NCBI GenBank assembly: GCA_977030845.1
Contig: OZ365113.1
Span: 1,612,001 to 1,676,000, forward strand
Direction: 5' to 3'
DNA length: 64,000 nt
Origin: Fimbriosthenelais zetlandica
Lineage: Eukaryota
In this document: positions 60,793-64,000 of the stretch, one piece after another
Layout of the letters: each line of letters starts with the position of its first letter
Numbering within the stretch: the first letter of the stretch is position 1
The notes under the pieces: model-generated
Seen by the model: the letters and a program-made list of their open reading frames with translations, nothing else
What the model was told of the DNA's origin: nothing
Databases searched by the model: none
Position numbers and translations under genes: made by a program

Positions 60793-62673
60793 CGGTTGGG
60801 AAATGTTATTCGAATGGTAAACGAGGGAGTAGGGCGAGGCGGAGAAAGAGGATTATGTTCTTGAAAGCTCCAATGTCATTAGGTATATAGCAGTATAAGG
60901 TAGGCACCTGTTGCATAGTTTTATTATCCAGATCCTAAGAGCAAGTTGTAATTAATTACCGCTGGGAAACGTGATTCTAAGATTATTTTAGTAACATTTT
61001 CGGCATGCTACAGAGAGAGGGGGAGAGAAAGATTATACATGAAAAACACCAGGGTAGTTTAATATATAGCTCAGACACCTGTTGCATTGTTTTGGAAATA
61101 ATTCCCAGAATATTTGGTCAAATTCCATAGACTTCTCACGATTTAGAAAATCCAAATGAGCAAATGAATGAATAGCTTGTTTGGTATAGAACCTATACCA
61201 TATTATAGATCAATATACACCAAAATAAGGCTGCATATTTTGTAGTTCAATATAGTGCTCAGACATTCATTATTTTGGAAATAATTCCCAGAATATGTGG
61301 TCAATTTCCATATACTACTCACGATTAGAAAATCTGAATGAGTGAATGAATGAATGAATGAATGAATGAATGAATGAATGGATAGCTAGTTAGATTCAGG
61401 ACCTGTTGCTGTTCCTATACCATATTATAGATGAACACCATGATAAGGCTGTATATATATTTGTCGGTGGAATTCCCCCCTGGGGTATATTTTATATCAT
61501 ACACGAGAAATCTCCCTGGGTCAGGTTTCCAACTGACCTGAACATAATTATATACATTAAATATGGTGCTTCACTGGTACAGCCCTCGGCCATATCCATA
61601 CAAGTTATGGAACGTAGGCTTTTTTCTCGTTTGTTTTGGTGGATTTGTATTTTGCTTTTGGGGATAAAAATAACTAATATTAAGTGCAGCCAGTCGATGT
61701 TGTGACGCTGTTTCCCGTGCACTTGGGCTTTGCTTCATTTTTTATTTTTAGATTTAGCAAAATAACAGCATGTATAGAAATACAAGTGTATCTGTCCTAT
61801 ATAATAATGACGTGTTCAGACTTGAATTCGAGCAGTGATTTCTTGCCTTTTTTATTTATTATTTTGGAAGAAAACACCTGCAATAAATGCAGCTGGTCCA
61901 TTTTGTTGATGTCTACTCTGAACTTGAGCTGTTTTTTTTCCATTTTTCTGATATAAATAACTGTAATAAGTGCGGTTGGTCTATATATATGTTGACGTAT
62001 TTCCCCCTGATCAGCATATAGATGTCTATTTATAGCTCATGGTGGAGTAGCTCACGTTATAGGTCACAGATACAGAGCGAGGCTTTAATCAACAGACTTT
62101 CATCTTCTATTAGTAATCCTGCAGGCCTCCACCGTTTCATAAACCAACATTGGGTAATTAATTATGACATGCCCTCAGGTCTAATCAGGTCAAATGTTGA
62201 TAAATGTACCAGGTATGTCGGGGGTTGTTTAATAACAAAAAGTGCATCATTACTCAAGTTAAATCAAGGTAATTAGTAAATAGGGCTTAGATATTATGAA
62301 ACAGGTCCTTCCAACAGATTTCAACATATAATTCCAAATAAAAAAAAATTGCATTATTTTTATGGATCTCGGGCTTCTGCTCGTAATGTAGACATTCTTT
62401 ATTATGAAATGGGGATTGCATTGTTATGTAACCTCCTATTGCAGAATCCCCATAGAATAAAATATTTTACTTTGGAATATAAAAAAGTATATAGAATAGT
62501 TCTATCTATAGCACCTCGAGCTATAGGTGGCGTGGGTCGGTGGGGACAGCTATAGAACATTTAGCGCTGGTTCACGCCGCCCAGGACATGCGCATTGAAG
62601 CGTGAAACGTGCGATAGCTGGAGTCACCCACTGAGCTACACTAGAGAACGGGGTACATACGGGGAGAGTATAG

Positions 62674-63017
62674 GCCTACATGGGCATAGAATGTGCCTAC
62701 ATGGGCATAGAATGTGCCTACATGGGCATAGAATGTGCCTACATGGGCATAGAATGTGCCTACATGGGCATAGAATGTGCCTACATGGGCATAGAATGTG
62801 CCTACATGGGCATAGAATGTGCCTACATGGGCATAGAATGTGCCTACATGGGCATAGAATGTGCCTACAGTCATGAGCATAGAATGTGCCTACAGTCATG
62901 AGCATAGAATGTGCCTGCAGTCATGAGCATAGAATGTGCCTACATGAGCATAGAATGTGCCTACATGAGCATAGAATGTGCCTACATGGGTATAGAATGT
63001 GCCTACATGGGTATAGA
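62674..63017. repeat. 21 bp minisatellite (CCTACATGGGCATAGAATGTG), about 16 units
   Basis: Direct reading, no spacers. Confidence 0.97.
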
Positions 63018-64000
63018 ACCATCATACATTCACTATAATTACACCATCTATACCAAAGGAAACTCATCTTTGGTCATTTTCAGAGCAAAAGTAAAGTCAA
63101 ATGAACTTAATATTTTGCCCATATAATTATTTAGGCCTCGGCTACTTATACCACAGATGACATCTAATCATCGCTCGGTAGAACTAGGCATAAATTGAAA
63201 AATTTGATTCTTATTTATCAAAAAATGAAAGCATCATTAATGTTATCCTTGTGCAACAGAGTCCTGGAAATCAAAGCCACAGACTCAGGCTAATCTCTCC
63301 AGTGCTATTCCTCAGACGGGTATTTTTTGTTCCTCCCATTAATTCACGCCCCCCTATGACTCAGCAGAATCTTAATGTGCATACTTTTATTGGATTATAT
63401 GACGGCACGGCATCATCCGACTAAATGACGCCGATTGGAGACATCTCAGAGAAAAGAACAATCGATGTAAATTACAATTTGACAGACATGCTTAATGGCA
63501 GAGTAGATAAAGGATCGATTTTACTTTCTATCTGCCATTGTTTGTGCAATCAGGATGGGAGTTTTTAAATGTCTTAGAATAGGCTAAAAATAGTAGATGA
63601 ATGTCAGGATATTTTCCACTCAATATTTTGTTTTACACTGTAAAAATGAATCACATTTGGTCTTTGTAAATAATAGCTAAACTGGCCTAATATAATAAAT
63701 ACTAAGGAGTTTCTACTTGATTTTTAGTTTATTTGTATTATTTTAACTGCCTTTTGGGAACTTATAACTATAATGTTATGATTTTATCCGAAATGGAAAT
63801 AAATCAGTCGTTTTTCAGTGTTCATTCCACCCATGAAGCACGGCCAGACTTTATTGAATTGGGGGATAATTAAATTATTTTAAAGCCCAGTCCTTGAAGG
63901 ACGACGAGTAATGCATGGAGGCTGCTGGGAGGTCGGTCAACAATACTTGTGGGGACGGGGTGGGTGGGGGTGGGGAAGAGGGTGGGGCGGGCGGAGAAAG

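Noticed and set aside
60983-61006. MPKMLLK as the scratch SNAG exon
   Set aside because: In-frame TAA after 7 codons, no donor and a poor SNAG match
62674-63017. 21 bp repeat as a CRISPR array, or as the MGIECAY / CLHGHRM repeat proteins
   Set aside because: Contiguous units with no unique spacers, no cas genes and a eukaryotic context. ORFs open in several frames only because the unit is a multiple of 3 without stops.

Overview
Animal genomic DNA with spliceosomal introns and a Snail-family gene. A marine invertebrate, possibly lophotrochozoan, is my inference only. From left to right the window holds: a tRNA-Arg(ACG) cluster; a tRNA-Asn(GTT) cluster; a 4-coding-exon gene for a secreted M60/TCAF-like metallopeptidase (copy A, minus strand); three ~2 kb foldback (palindromic) elements, each capped at both ends by outward-facing tRNA-Asp/Gly-like heads; a very young 9,867 bp Ty3/Gypsy element with identical 743 bp LTRs inserted into the third foldback element; more tRNA-Asn/Arg genes; an inverted paralogue of the peptidase (copy B, plus strand) with its own tRNA-Asn cluster; and the zinc-finger exon of scratch. 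The retroelement is the most striking feature. It combines an F-type (class I fusion) env, a chromodomain ORF one frame off the end of integrase, and a gag-pol junction made of a single in-frame UAA followed by an 8-nt spacer and a 12-bp stem, which suggests stop-codon readthrough. Other highlights are the tRNA-capped foldback array, a Glu-to-Asp change at the presumed third zinc ligand of peptidase A, a pairing-conserved GCTTGC-N7-GCAAGC hairpin before tRNA-Asn genes, and Scratch-type sites plus a nuclear-receptor half-site array around scratch. All family assignments come from motif recognition, not database searches.
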